From: Camelus dromedarius
Lineage: Eukaryota
Length of the DNA: 64,000 nucleotides
NCBI RefSeq assembly: GCF_036321535.1
Contig: NC_087436.1
Location: 87,608,001-87,672,000 of the forward strand
Direction: 5' to 3'
The notes under the pieces were generated by a model. It did not search any database. It was not told where the DNA came from and saw nothing but the letters and a program-made list of their open reading frames with translations. The stretch's first letter is position 1; each line of letters begins with the position of its first letter. Of this stretch, positions 1 to 11,037 are shown one piece after another. Made by a program: the position numbers and the translations under genes.

Positions 1-560
1 GAGAAAATAATAGATGAGGTCACATAGTTTAAAGGAGAACAATTGTGTTTGATGGCCATTGTAGGAACGTTTATTCTGAGAGAGGAAGTTTGGAGAGTTT
101 TGCCAGAGGAGTAACTCAATCTGACTTGACATTCAGAAGAATCACTTTGGGTTATCATTTTTTAAATAATCCAAATGAAAGATGACCAAAGGTGGACAGT
201 ATGGCAGCAGTGAGGGTGGTGAAAAGTGCTCAGGTTTAGCATGAATTTAGAAGCTGGTATCAACAGATTATGCTGGTGAGAAGGAGGTAGAATATGTCAT
301 GATAAAGACTACTTAGTCTTGGGGCATGGGAGAGGGTAAGGTTGGTTTTAGACTGATCTGACTTTGAGATGACAATAGCACAACTGAAAATATCCTGGCA
401 ACTGCAGAAGTGAGCACTCAGATGAGAACAGGACCTGATTATAGATATGAAATTCATCAGCATAGGAGTAAGAGATGAAGCAGGCATGAAGGTGGAAGAG
501 ATTTCTAAAGTCTGGCTCTTGAAGAATAGCTACAAGTGGTGGGTGGGGAGAGTGGGAAGG
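1..560 (-). mobile_element. L2 LINE fragment
   Basis: Purine-rich antisense L2-like sequence (ggagagttttgccagagg...atctgacttgacatt...gaatcactttgg; tttgagatg). Confidence 0.55.
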
Positions 561-1369
561 CAAGGAGACGAATTATTAGAGCCTTAGAAGAACAGGGATA
601 TCAAAAGTCAAATGCCAGAGTCAAAGAGAAATGATGGTGCCCAGGGAATGGCCACAGACTCTGGAACGGCATTGGTCTCTAAGCGTGCAGTCTCTATTAT
701 GCGCACGTGTCTGTGTGTATGTGTGTATGTGAGTGAAGAATCTAGATTGAAATGGTTCAGTGGGATGCACCATTGTTAGTGAGATGGGAAAGTACAATAA
801 ACTTTGGCATTTCTTAGGACTTACTGGTAGTTTCTAAAACAATCATTTAATTTGGTCCAGCCGCTGTTAGTGTCATTTGTGTTAAATGTTGTCTTCTGAC
901 AAACTGAATATACTTTGTAACATTTCAAGTGTATTTAGGCCACAGGGCAAGAAAAAACAAATTTTTTTGGTAAGAAGTAGTTTTAAGAAGGCTAAATACA
1001 TGTATTAGGATTTGTTATCCTCAACCTTCTGGGACTAAGTAACAAGCAGGCACTTCTGAAGGTGGGGACGGGGAACCCAAGGCTTTGTGCTAGAGGTGAA
1101 TTTTAATTTTTCTGCAATCTCGATGGAGAAGAAATAGTCAGTGCTGGTTCTTTAAACGTGGGGAAAGGGGGTAAACACAAGGAAGTAAGGCTAAGTAGAA
1201 AACTCTAGCTGTGTTTTGAGCTCCCCTTCTTCCAGGATCCCTGATTAGAAGGGTAATGGGAAAGCCCAGGGACTCATAACAGAAGCCAGCTGCATTTTTC
1301 CTGGTAGTATTTCAGAAACAAGCTGATCTAGACTGAAAAAAAAAAAAAAAAAAACCTGACATCCAAAAA

Positions 1370-1530
1370 GGAACTTTACATATCATCTAATTCCAGCCTC
1401 TCCCATTTAGTAGAGGAGGTACTGAAACTCAGAGAGGTTAATAAATTGCCCGAAATGATTCAGCTTGCTTCTGTGCAGAGCCAGGCCTGGAAGTTAGCGG
1501 GGCTGTCTCCGGTTCCCAGCTCTTTCTGCC
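1370..1530 (-). mobile_element. MIR SINE fragment
   Basis: cccatttagtagaggaggtactgaaactcagagaggttaataaattgccc, MIR core. Confidence 0.6.
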
Positions 1531-2377
1531 TCCCTGTTCCGCTTGCTGTATAACAATAGGACTCTCCTTTTTAAGATGGACCAACCAACCGAACGTAAAG
1601 CAAATTCAGCACTGGAGTTCTACCTTCTGGGTGGGGGAGATTAAGAGGAACGGAAGTAGGGGTGGAGATTAGTGAGATTCGAAGAACGCTTCTGGGTTTG
1701 ATGACAGAATATTGGTTTACGAGTGCCTGGGCAACAGGCCTTCTGCAGTCTGCCCGGGTACTGAAGCTGCTCTTTACCTGCCGTGCTGACCAGCACGCAA
1801 ATGAGACCCTGCAGCGTTGACAAGTGTCCGTTTCATTGACTTCTGGGTAATATAACTCCTGAGTGTATTTTTATAAAACTCCAGTCTGATAAAACCACTA
1901 GTTATCCTCAGAGTAGGAGACTCGTGGAAAGGCAGTAGGAAGGGTGTAGTTTAAAAAAAAAAAAATTCGAGTCAGGGGAATGGCGGTGAATTGTGCTGGC
2001 GGAGGGGATTGGAAGGGAGACAGGCTGGCTTGACCAGACCCGGGCGGCTCGCTGGGTTTCCCGTTGCCAGGGCGGCCAGCGTCCTTGGCTACCGATGGAT
2101 GGAAGGCGCTGTCGGTTCCTCGACTCCCAGACCCCAGCTCCGCCCGCCGCGCCACCCCGGAGCCGCCTCTGGCCTCCCGGGTGAAAGGGGAGCCCGCCCG
2201 CAGGCGTCCTTCCTTCCTTCCCCGCGACCCCGGCCCGAGGCTGGGTACCAGTCAGGAATCACAACCAAGGGACTCTGCAGAGGGGTCACCCCGAGAGCGG
2301 CCCTAAGAACCCCCTTCGAGGGCTGTGCCAGGAACTAGAGGGAGGGCGAGCCCCGGGGGTCTCCCACCCTGACTCAC

Positions 2378-2464
2378 ATTGTACTCCCTCAGCCAGCATT
2401 CCAGCTTGTCCTGCAGGGATCGTAACGATTCGTTGGAGACCAGTTTCCTCAGGTTATCCGCCAT
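2378..2464 (-). CDS. SPATA18: SPATA18 (Mieap, mitochondria-eating protein) coding exon 1; remaining exons lie left of the window
   Basis: ATG at 2464 gives MADNLRKLVSNESLRSLQDKLECWLREYN (87 nt) followed by a GTGAGT donor at 2377-2372. Matches the mammalian SPATA18 N-terminus (human MAENLKRLVSNETLRTLQEKLDFWLKEYN). Synteny with SGCB. Confidence 0.95.
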
Positions 2465-2925
2465 CGCTCGCTTTTCCGCTCCGCCCGGCTCTGGGAGATG
2501 GACTCGTGGAGGGGACAAAGGGGTGGCCTCCGCAGGACCGCGGGGCGATGTGGCGGGAAAGGTGTTATCTTCCTGAGGGGCTCAGAGCGTCGCTGGTGTT
2601 TCCATCCTCCCCCTGGGGTCGGACGGGGCAGGGTTCGGGAAGCCGGGGGGAGGTGCCCTGGACCACAGCGGCCACGCCTCATCCGCTGCCCCGCGCGGTC
2701 TCCGGGCTCCCCCGGGGCCGCCCCCAGCCCCCGCCATAAATACCCGGGCGATTATTAAACAAACTTTGACGTGAGCGGGCGGCTGCTAGGGACGCGCGCG
2801 GCCCGCATCCTGGCAACGACGGCGTAGCCGCCCAGCCCTCGCTGCGCCCTCCTCTCGCCTCCCGCCCAGCCGCCCTCCAGCCCTCCTGCTATCCCCGGGG
2901 TCCCCGGCACCTGCCAGGGCGCGCG

Positions 2926-3018
2926 ATGCCGCCGTTCCTCCTGCTGCTGCTGTTCTTCGTCCTGCTGCTGCTCGTGCTGCTGCTGGTGGCGGAAAGCGAG
3001 GGTGCCCAACGCTGCTGA
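2926..3018 (+). other. Candidate 30-aa hydrophobic micro-ORF MPPFLLLLLFFVLLLLVLLLVAESEGAQRC
   Basis: ATG with G at -3, 18 consecutive hydrophobic codons, then AESEG and a TGA stop at 3016-3018. Below the ORF-track length cutoff. Confidence 0.3.
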
Positions 3019-3804
3019 GACCACGGGCTGAGCCGGGGCTGGAACACGCGACCACCACAGATGGTGGCTCCCGGATCCTCTGATGGACTGAGACCCGCTG
3101 GCAGTGTGGAATGGGGGGCAGCCGGAGATTTCTTGTCTAGAAGAGCAGAGGGCGTTTCTCCCTGGAAGCTTTTGGTTAGGCTCTGAAGAAAGCACCTGTT
3201 TGGCTCCTTGATTCTCTCACTTCTCAAGCCTTCTTCATTTGTAACACCCAAGGTTTGGGGAGAGGGGGGTGCCCAGGTAAATAGACTTAAGTTCCAGGAT
3301 GTTCACAAATTAAATCTCTCCGGGTTAAACACCATTTGGTCTATTTTTAGAATCATTAAGCACTCTAAAGTTTCGTTTAATTATGAATTCTCTAATTGAG
3401 ACTTTGTGCAAGTTCAGACCTGGTTTGGCGCTATTTCAAAAGGGTGTATTGAGCCACAGTGAGAGTTTGAACTACTTAAGAAATGAAATCATTTTAACCA
3501 TCATTAAGCACTTTAGAATCCTTGTGCTGATTGCAAATCACCTTTATCTAGTCATTAAAACAGTAGGGGTGGAGCAGGGCCTCAGCTAGCTAGTCAGCTG
3601 GCTAGTTCAATTCAGTTCCATTTTTTTCAGGTATTTGAGAATGTGAACATTGCACATGTCCAACTACGGTAAAATTCAGAATTTTCACCGCCATTTTTTC
3701 CCCTCTTAATTACAGTGGTTCTGTTGCCCTCTAATAAAAATGAAAGGCTTGTTTCTGGAGCCTATATTCCTAGTATTTTCTGTAGACTACAAAATAAGGA
3801 CTAT

Positions 3805-3945
3805 GAAAGTTCTCAACACAAGGAAAAAAAACTTGTTAACTATGTGTGGTGAGGGATGTTAATTACACCTATTGCAGGGATCATTTCACAGTATATAGAA
3901 ATAGTGAATCATGTACATAATATTATGTTAATTATATCTTAACAA
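3805..3945 (+). mobile_element. 5'-truncated L1 3' end with 14-bp TSD
   Basis: L1MA-like terminus; AAAATAAGGACTAT repeated at 3791-3804 and 3946-3959. Confidence 0.75.
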
Positions 3946-4886
3946 AAAATAAGGACTATAAAGAGGATATAACATATTATTTCATCATAGTACAGTAACA
4001 ATGACTAAAGTTAAAAAAAAAACTAAATATTCATTAGAGACAGTTTTAAAAGAAAATATAAAGAAGAAGGAAGGGAATGGAAAAGAATCTCATAGATTTT
4101 TTAATTTGGAACTAATATTGCACATTTTAATAGGCAATTGAAATCTTTGAACAGTTCTATTATTCATAAAAACAAGTCAGAATATTTGCTTATGTCAGAT
4201 TAAGGATTAAATTCTCTTTATTGCTGTGGGCATTTTAATTGACCTGTAATCCTTGTTTACATCATCTGTAAACAAGGGACAATAGTTCTTCACAGGATTA
4301 TTAAGAGATTAAATAAGATCATTTATGTGAAGTACTTAGCACAGTACTTGGCATGTATTATAGTTAGGACTTCCTAAATGCTATAATCCCTATTACTACC
4401 AATGTAAATCACAGTATTATATTTACTAGAGAAAACGAGGTTGGAAACAATGTAAATCAACAATAGGGTAATGATTGAGCAAATCATTCAATGAAATGTT
4501 TCACAATAGAAATCTTGTTATTAAAGAATATCTAGTATCTAGAAATTCTTATTATATAACGTTAAGTGAAAAAAGCAGGACACTGAATTATATATATTGT
4601 GTTATGTTATACAATGTGAACCCAAGGCATGATTATGGATGATTTTAATTTGCTCCTTTATACTTTTCTGATTTTCCAAATTTCTACCATGAACACAAAC
4701 TGCTTTTATGAAAACTCATTTAGAGACAAAATTAACCAAAAACTTTACTGCATTCAGAAAAATGTTAGTCAAAATATCAATTTTTAAGCCAACTTAAAAT
4801 AGAATACACTTTGACCAAATGTTCATATTACTAATTTAATAGACTTATAGGGTCTTAGGGTACAATGGGTCTTCAAAATCACTTTA

Positions 4887-5044
4887 TTTTTTTGAAGAAA
4901 CTTGTTTTTTAATCTATTTTTATATATAGTGGCTAACATTTGCAAATCTCAAACTCCCAGATTTATCCCTTCCCACCCCCTTTCCCCAGTAACCATAAGG
5001 TTGTTCACTATGTCTGTGAGTCTATTTCTGTTTTGTAGATGACG
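4887..5044 (-). mobile_element. Short L1 3'-UTR-derived insertion with 11-bp TSD
   Basis: Antisense to the L1 3' UTR seen at 6200-6320; AAATCACTTTA at 4876-4886 and 5045-5055. Confidence 0.7.
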
Positions 5045-5894
5045 AAATCACTTTAGAATATGCTACCAGATGTTATTTATCTCTGTGATATTCCAGCCCC
5101 ACAACTAGATTTAAGACCCTTCAGGCCTGCAGTCATTTCATGCACCTCTTGGTTTCTGTAGAACTCTGGACCACAGTTGTCCATAGCAGGAACTGTGTAT
5201 TTACTAATAACAAAGAAGCATAGCCCCCAAGGACTCAAAACAAAGGAAGTGTTTTACAAATGTATTCATTATTTATCCTCCCAAAGTTTCCAAAACGATC
5301 TGAGTTCACTTACAGTAAAAGATTTATAGAAAATATCATCGCTAGATTTAGAAAAAATTTTAATGGAAAAAGCAAATATGCCCCCAATTTAAACTTATGT
5401 ACTAAGATTGAGCCTTACTTTACATTTATTTCTGGGTTTTGTGGCAGTCAAGGCAAAAAGGAAAAGTGATATGATTATTATTGATTTTAAAACTATATAT
5501 ACCAATTCTTAGAATAAAAATGCATTTTTCTGGTAACAATTCTAAAATATGTTCATCCTTTTCCAGAGAGTATAGAACAACACATCTGAAAGTGTCCTTA
5601 ATAACACCTCCCCCCTTTTTTAGAAAATATAGAAACAATCTTGATGTGATTGTTCTTGCAGTCATCTTTGATCAATGTCAAGGGGGTAACACTAGAACAT
5701 ATGCCATCAAAGAGAGGGCCAAGCAACTGACACTTCATTTCTTAGCTCTCTGGTAGTGCAACTTGATATAAGCTAAGAACTTCCACACCTGTAGGAATAA
5801 GTGGGCATCCTCATAAGTGCCGTTTAATGACGATCTCCTCCTCAGAGCTTCTGATGAGTGCTGGGTAACAATCAGTTTAAGAGAGATCTAGACA

Positions 5895-6530
5895 TTATTT
5901 ACAATAGTCAAGACATGGAAGCAACCTAAATGTCCATCAACAGATGATTGGATAAAGAAGTTATGGTATGTGTATATATATTATATATGTATATATAAAA
6001 TACACATATTTTGTATATATCATATATGTCACATATATATAATGGAATACTATCCAGCCATAAAAAAGAATGAAATAATGCCACTTGCAGCAACATGCAT
6101 GGACATAGAGATTATCATACTAAGTGAAGTAAGCCAGAAAGAGAAAGATAAATACCACATATCAGTTATATGTAGAATATAAAAAAATGACACAAATGAA
6201 TTTATTTACAAAATGGAAAAAGACTCACAGACACAAAAAATAAACTATGGTTACCAGGGGGAAAAAGAAAGGGGAAGGATAAATTGAGAGTTTGGGATTT
6301 GCAGATACTACTATATATAAAATAGATAAACAACAAGGTCCTACTGTCTAGCACAGGGAACTATATTTAATATCTTGTAGTCACTTATAATGAAAAAGAA
6401 TACATATGTGTGTATAACTGAATACATGTGTGTGTATAACTGAAAGGAATACATATGCGCATGTGTATAACTGACTCACTATGTATGAACACAGCATTGT
6501 ACATTGACTATACTTCACTTTAAAAAAAGA
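5895..6530 (+). mobile_element. L1 3' end (ORF2 C-terminus and 3' UTR)
   Basis: caagacatggaagcaacctaaatgtccatcaacagatg; translation YIMEYYPAIKKNEIMPLAATCMDIEIIILSEVSQKEKDKY is L1 ORF2-like; A tail. Confidence 0.85.
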
Positions 6531-9500
6531 GACAGAACTAGAGCCTGCAGGGCCCACAGTCAATGCTGCTGATTAAAGAAGAATCCATATGCTTCAAATT
6601 ACAAGCAGGTGTTCAACAAGGTTGGGATTCTACTTTAAAAGTATATATATATACACACGTGACAGTATCAAAGAAGTAAAGGTTCTATTTGGAGAATAGT
6701 ACAATGCGCTCATTTTTTCTCTATTCAATTACTCTAGGATATGATCAAGTAGGCAATTATTTGGGGAAAAATAAAGATTCGATCTTTCTTTCCGGCACAC
6801 TATCAGGTGTCCCGGAGAAGCTGAAAGAATAAACTTGGAACTCTGATACTCTTGCTTTATTACACACTCTGCAAATTAGTGTTTTCCCATGAGTTTACAT
6901 AAGTCCCTAATCGTTCTGAGCCACATTTTTTTCTATCTATATCATGAAAAACATGGACTAGATGAGCTCTAAGATTTCTTGCAGTTCTAATATTCTTTAA
7001 TGCTGTTTTGCCTTTTTTTTTTTTTTCTTAAAACATATTGGTTACGGTTCAGATTGAGCAAATCTTGCCCATTGTTTCATTCTTTTGGCTCAGTTCAATT
7101 CAGGTCAAGCCTTGATTCTGAGAGCATTAGCCAATCAGCAAAGCTGAACATCTTTTTGGCATACAGTTTATTCTGCAGGCTGGCTGGAATAACTAATACA
7201 CCTAACCTCCAGGAAACAGACAAGGGGATTCTCTACAGTTGCACTTTTAATACATTTAAACCCAGCTCAAACGGACAGAATCTTCCTGCCTGCCTCTGCC
7301 CCTCAGAGCTCATCACTCTCTTCTCTCTCTAACTTTAGGCACATGGCTCATGTTGCAGTTGTCATACTGTGTTACACTTACTTGTGCACCTCCTATGTAA
7401 GCTTCTTAAAGAAAAGGGCAGAGATTTATTTAGCTTTATATCCTCAACACAGCAACTGGCACATTCTAGGCCCTCTGTAAAAGTTTGTTAAACTGAACTG
7501 TTAACAGAAAGAGAAAGAAGTGAAAGGAAGGAAAAAAAGGTAGGAAGGAAGCAAGGAAGGAAAGAAGGAAGGAGATGACTGGCTGCATGGTGTCTGATGT
7601 CATAATCCCACTGAGGTAGAAGCAAGCAAATTTATTAGCCCATTGGTTGTTCTTAGGGCATCATAATTCAACCACCCAGCCAGGAGCCATTTGTTCTAGA
7701 GAAGTGTAATGTATCAAATGTCTGGATAGAATAGACTTTCTGAAAGTCCCTAATTTTGTCCGCTCTGAATTTTACCTATATCAGTCACCTGGAGAGATTT
7801 TTAATTTGGGATTTTAAGAAGCCAACAAAAGATGAACCAAATCCACTCAGTAGAGTGAGAGCAGTGTGTGTAGTTTCACACTACACTGAACATAAATATA
7901 CGCAAGAAGCCACAAGGATGAACAGTGGAATCCTATGTGGAATTCTATGATAATTTCCAGTGCTTGCTCACTAGGGACAGTTGCAGGCTCTTAGCCAGTG
8001 TGGCCAAAGGCATAATCTGTTCTGTTCTGGCCAGGAGGCTTTTTCAGGCGCCCTGATCCTCTTGGGTGTGTGCCATGCTATTCTCGTCCTACAGCTGTCT
8101 ACATTAGAACCTTACTCCTTTCGTTTAGGGCCTGTATTACTATTTGAAGAAAATTGTTTAGCCTTCGCTGACCCACCTGCATGAAGCTTACTCTAAATCT
8201 CATTTTTATTGGTGGTGTTGCCAAGGCACTTTGTCTCCACTCATAGGTAGAAAACACTAATTTGTCCATTTACTCAGTGTTCTGTACCCTGAGTGCTGGT
8301 TTTCATTTTATCAGCTTCATTTGGCCCTTTTTCTTCCCTGCCACACTGGAAAGGAAAAGGTTTTTTTAATCATCCGTTGGAGAACTAATTGGTAGGGACC
8401 TGAGCTGATGACAGTTCCCCCCAATGGACAGAAGCAGAGATGCTGTATTCTATGCGATACCAATAAGAGTTCCCTGCTCAGTGCGACAGTTTAGAATTTT
8501 TCTGTAAATTTATTTCATGCCCACAATTGATTAACGTACAAAAATAAGAGGAAAATTTTAATATATCATAACTATCACATTATCATGTAAATAAACTACT
8601 ATAGAACATTGGTAGCAAATACAGATTGGGGGGGGGGGGAAATGTAGACTTAGTGTGACTTTTGAGGGCTACCAGATACTCCTTCTATCTCAACTCAGGT
8701 TTCCATCATTATAGTTAGTTCAAAAAAGAAGGCACCTTGACCTCAATCTTTTCAGCTTTGCTCGCTAGACACATGGTAAATACTTGGCTCTGTGAAAATG
8801 GTCATTGAAGGGGTGAGTTTAGGACACATTAAGTTGATGCAAGGTTGCAGTGGGTATGATCTACATTGTAAGATACCGGTAAACACCCCCAGGAGAGGGA
8901 TATGAGCATGAGAACATCTTCTAGGATGAAGGATGTTGAAATAGATCTTTTCAGCACATCTGATAAACATTTACTGAATTTCTAGTGTGACAGAAACATC
9001 TGCCTTAATCATAAGTCAAAATTAGACTCAGTCCGTTCTCCCTAGCATCTCACAATTTTCCAGAGAGAGAGACACAGCTATAGTTCAATATGACAAGTTA
9101 CAACGGGGTAAATATAAAATTTTACGGTAACCCGGATCCTTCCTCTACCTCATCCTTGACACCCCTGAAGAAAGGATCGGGGAAGCTATAGAAGAAAGTG
9201 ACATTTAAAGCCAGTTCTGGAAGGATGGAGAGGATATCTCCAGGAAGAGAAGCGGTAATATTTTTTCAGACAGCCAGAAGGACATAACTGTTATCAGGTA
9301 TCTCACCACCTAAATGGGAGAGAGGCTGGCAAGATCAAGACAGGTCTACTGGTCTTAGAAGCTGGGCAGATTTCTAAGACATTAAGTGCCATTACTGTGT
9401 TAGGCATTGGAGATAAAAGGATGAGTAAGATGTGGGCCTTCCAGATAGAGTTCCCCATTTTTTAGATGAAGTCAGGCAGGAAAACAAAATAAAATACAAT

Positions 9501-10953
9501 GCAATCTGAAGTGCATGCAAGAAAAGACCGGGAGCAGAGATAAGGGACGGATCAGCTAAAACTGCTTATACACCTGGGAAGGATTTAAAGAGAATGTGAC
9601 ATTTGAATGGATTTTTGGAGGGTGAATAAAAGCATGCTTGCCAGAGAAAAAGAGAAGGATTTTCCAAGCAGAGGGGAAAGAGGCAAAGTCTGGGGAGTAA
9701 GAACTACAAGACAAGAACTGGAGACAGGAACTAAGCATCAGTCAAAAGCCCGGTTATCTGAATGGATAATTGGGACCACAGCCAGACTATTAACAGAGAC
9801 TTATACTGACTCCCAAAGCATCGGGCTATAACTCACAGTCTTCCCAGCTAAGATGAGATTTGTCCTGAAGACCCAGGCAGGAGTGAGACTAGAGATGGGA
9901 GTCAAGTTGTTTCAGCATTGGGAAAGAGGATATGCAGAGACTGATGACCAGCAAGGTTCTGACATTAGCTAAAATCAGAGGAGAGAAGAGAAAAGATTGT
10001 GAGCGCCTTACCACATGAGAGTGTCTAACTTAAACTTCACGACAGTCCTCTGATGTAAAGTAGGCAGGGCAGAGAAATAACGGCTCCAGTAATCAGAATA
10101 GCAAAACTGATCTGGTTCCCAGAGAAAGGAAAATTTGGCCAGCAAGTCTCTTTGATGGTTCCTGCTGAGTTGGGCAGCCCAGAGCCCAGAGGTGCTTAGA
10201 AGTGGTTTCAGCTACCTGAGAAACAGCTCTTGTACCCTTGTTGCCGCGGCGTTCACAGCATTTTTTTTTTAAACTAAGGATTATTGGATTCTATTGAGGG
10301 CAGGGAAAGAGGAATGTGTACTCTAGTTACCTGTATATCTGAGTGGCTTCCAGATGTGCAGTAAATATCTGTTAAAGCAGGTTCCCCAGGAGATAAAGCC
10401 ACACTATTTCCAATAAAAAATGAAAAACCCACCCCAATACCACAGAAAAAGCATCCGACTTCATAGTCCCTGTAAAGATAAGAAGCATACCTTAAGTGAC
10501 TGTATGTCCTCCTTAAGGAGGCTCGGTTTTCAAGATTTTAGCTGCCTAAAATCAAAAACTTGTTAACTTCTGTCCACATTGTCACCACCTCCCTCCTCGT
10601 CCACGTGTACTCTCTAAAACACCCCCTTCCCACCCTAGCCAGGGAGACCCCGGCACGTGAAGCAACGAGGACTCGGGACGGCACCAGCCCCTCGTGGCGG
10701 GGAGTGGAGGAGGGGACGGAGAGGCGTCCTCCGTATTTTAAGGGCGCCCTTTTCGAAGAATCTAGAGGCGGCCCGAGGTCGTGTGGAATCCCAGGGCGCA
10801 GAGGGCAGCGGAGCGGGCACCGGCGGCGCGCGGGCTCGGACCCTCCCCGCCCGGGGCTGGGCTGTGCGGGGTGCGGCGCGGCGAGCCGCGGGCCCCGCTC
10901 CCGCCCCTCCAGGGCGCAGGCGCAGGCGCGCGGGGTGCGGCCGCGGCGGGGAG

Positions 10954-10980
10954 GGCGGCGGCGGCGGCGGCGGCGGCGGC
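10954..10980 (+). repeat. (GGC)9 trinucleotide repeat just upstream of the SGCB start codon
   Basis: Nine perfect GGC units ending 12 nt before the ATG. Confidence 0.9.
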
Positions 10981-10992
10981 GGGCGCGGGAAG

Positions 10993-11037
10993 ATGGCGGC
11001 AGCGGCGGCGGCGGCGGCGGCTGCGGCGGCCGAGCAG
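10993..11037 (+). CDS. SGCB: Beta-sarcoglycan exon 1 (M-A12-EQ)
   Basis: AAGATGG Kozak context, M + 12 Ala + EQ, donor CAG|GTCTGT; joins in frame to exon 2. Confidence 0.95.

Larger units (their letters stand above)
1990..3130. promoter_or_regulatory. CpG island / SPATA18 promoter, probably bidirectional
   Basis: GC- and CpG-dense stretch around exon 1. RFX X-box-like sites (2063-2076, 2079-2092, 2782-2795, 2805-2817), CRE-like TGACGTGA at 2767-2774, forkhead-like TAAACAAA near 2756. Confidence 0.8.

Noticed and set aside
3013..3018. TGC-TGA as a possible Cys-Sec selenoprotein motif
   Set aside because: No SECIS element was identifiable and there is no similarity to known selenoproteins.
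2755..3195. 146-aa - strand ORF with a polyQ/E stretch
   Set aside because: Antisense reading of the CTG-rich tract in a CpG island; no recognisable domain and no link to the SPATA18 frame.
1..3200. Canonical p53 response element at the SPATA18 promoter or intron 1
   Set aside because: Only isolated half-sites were seen by eye (e.g. CAGCTTGTCC at 2402-2411); a PWM scan is needed.
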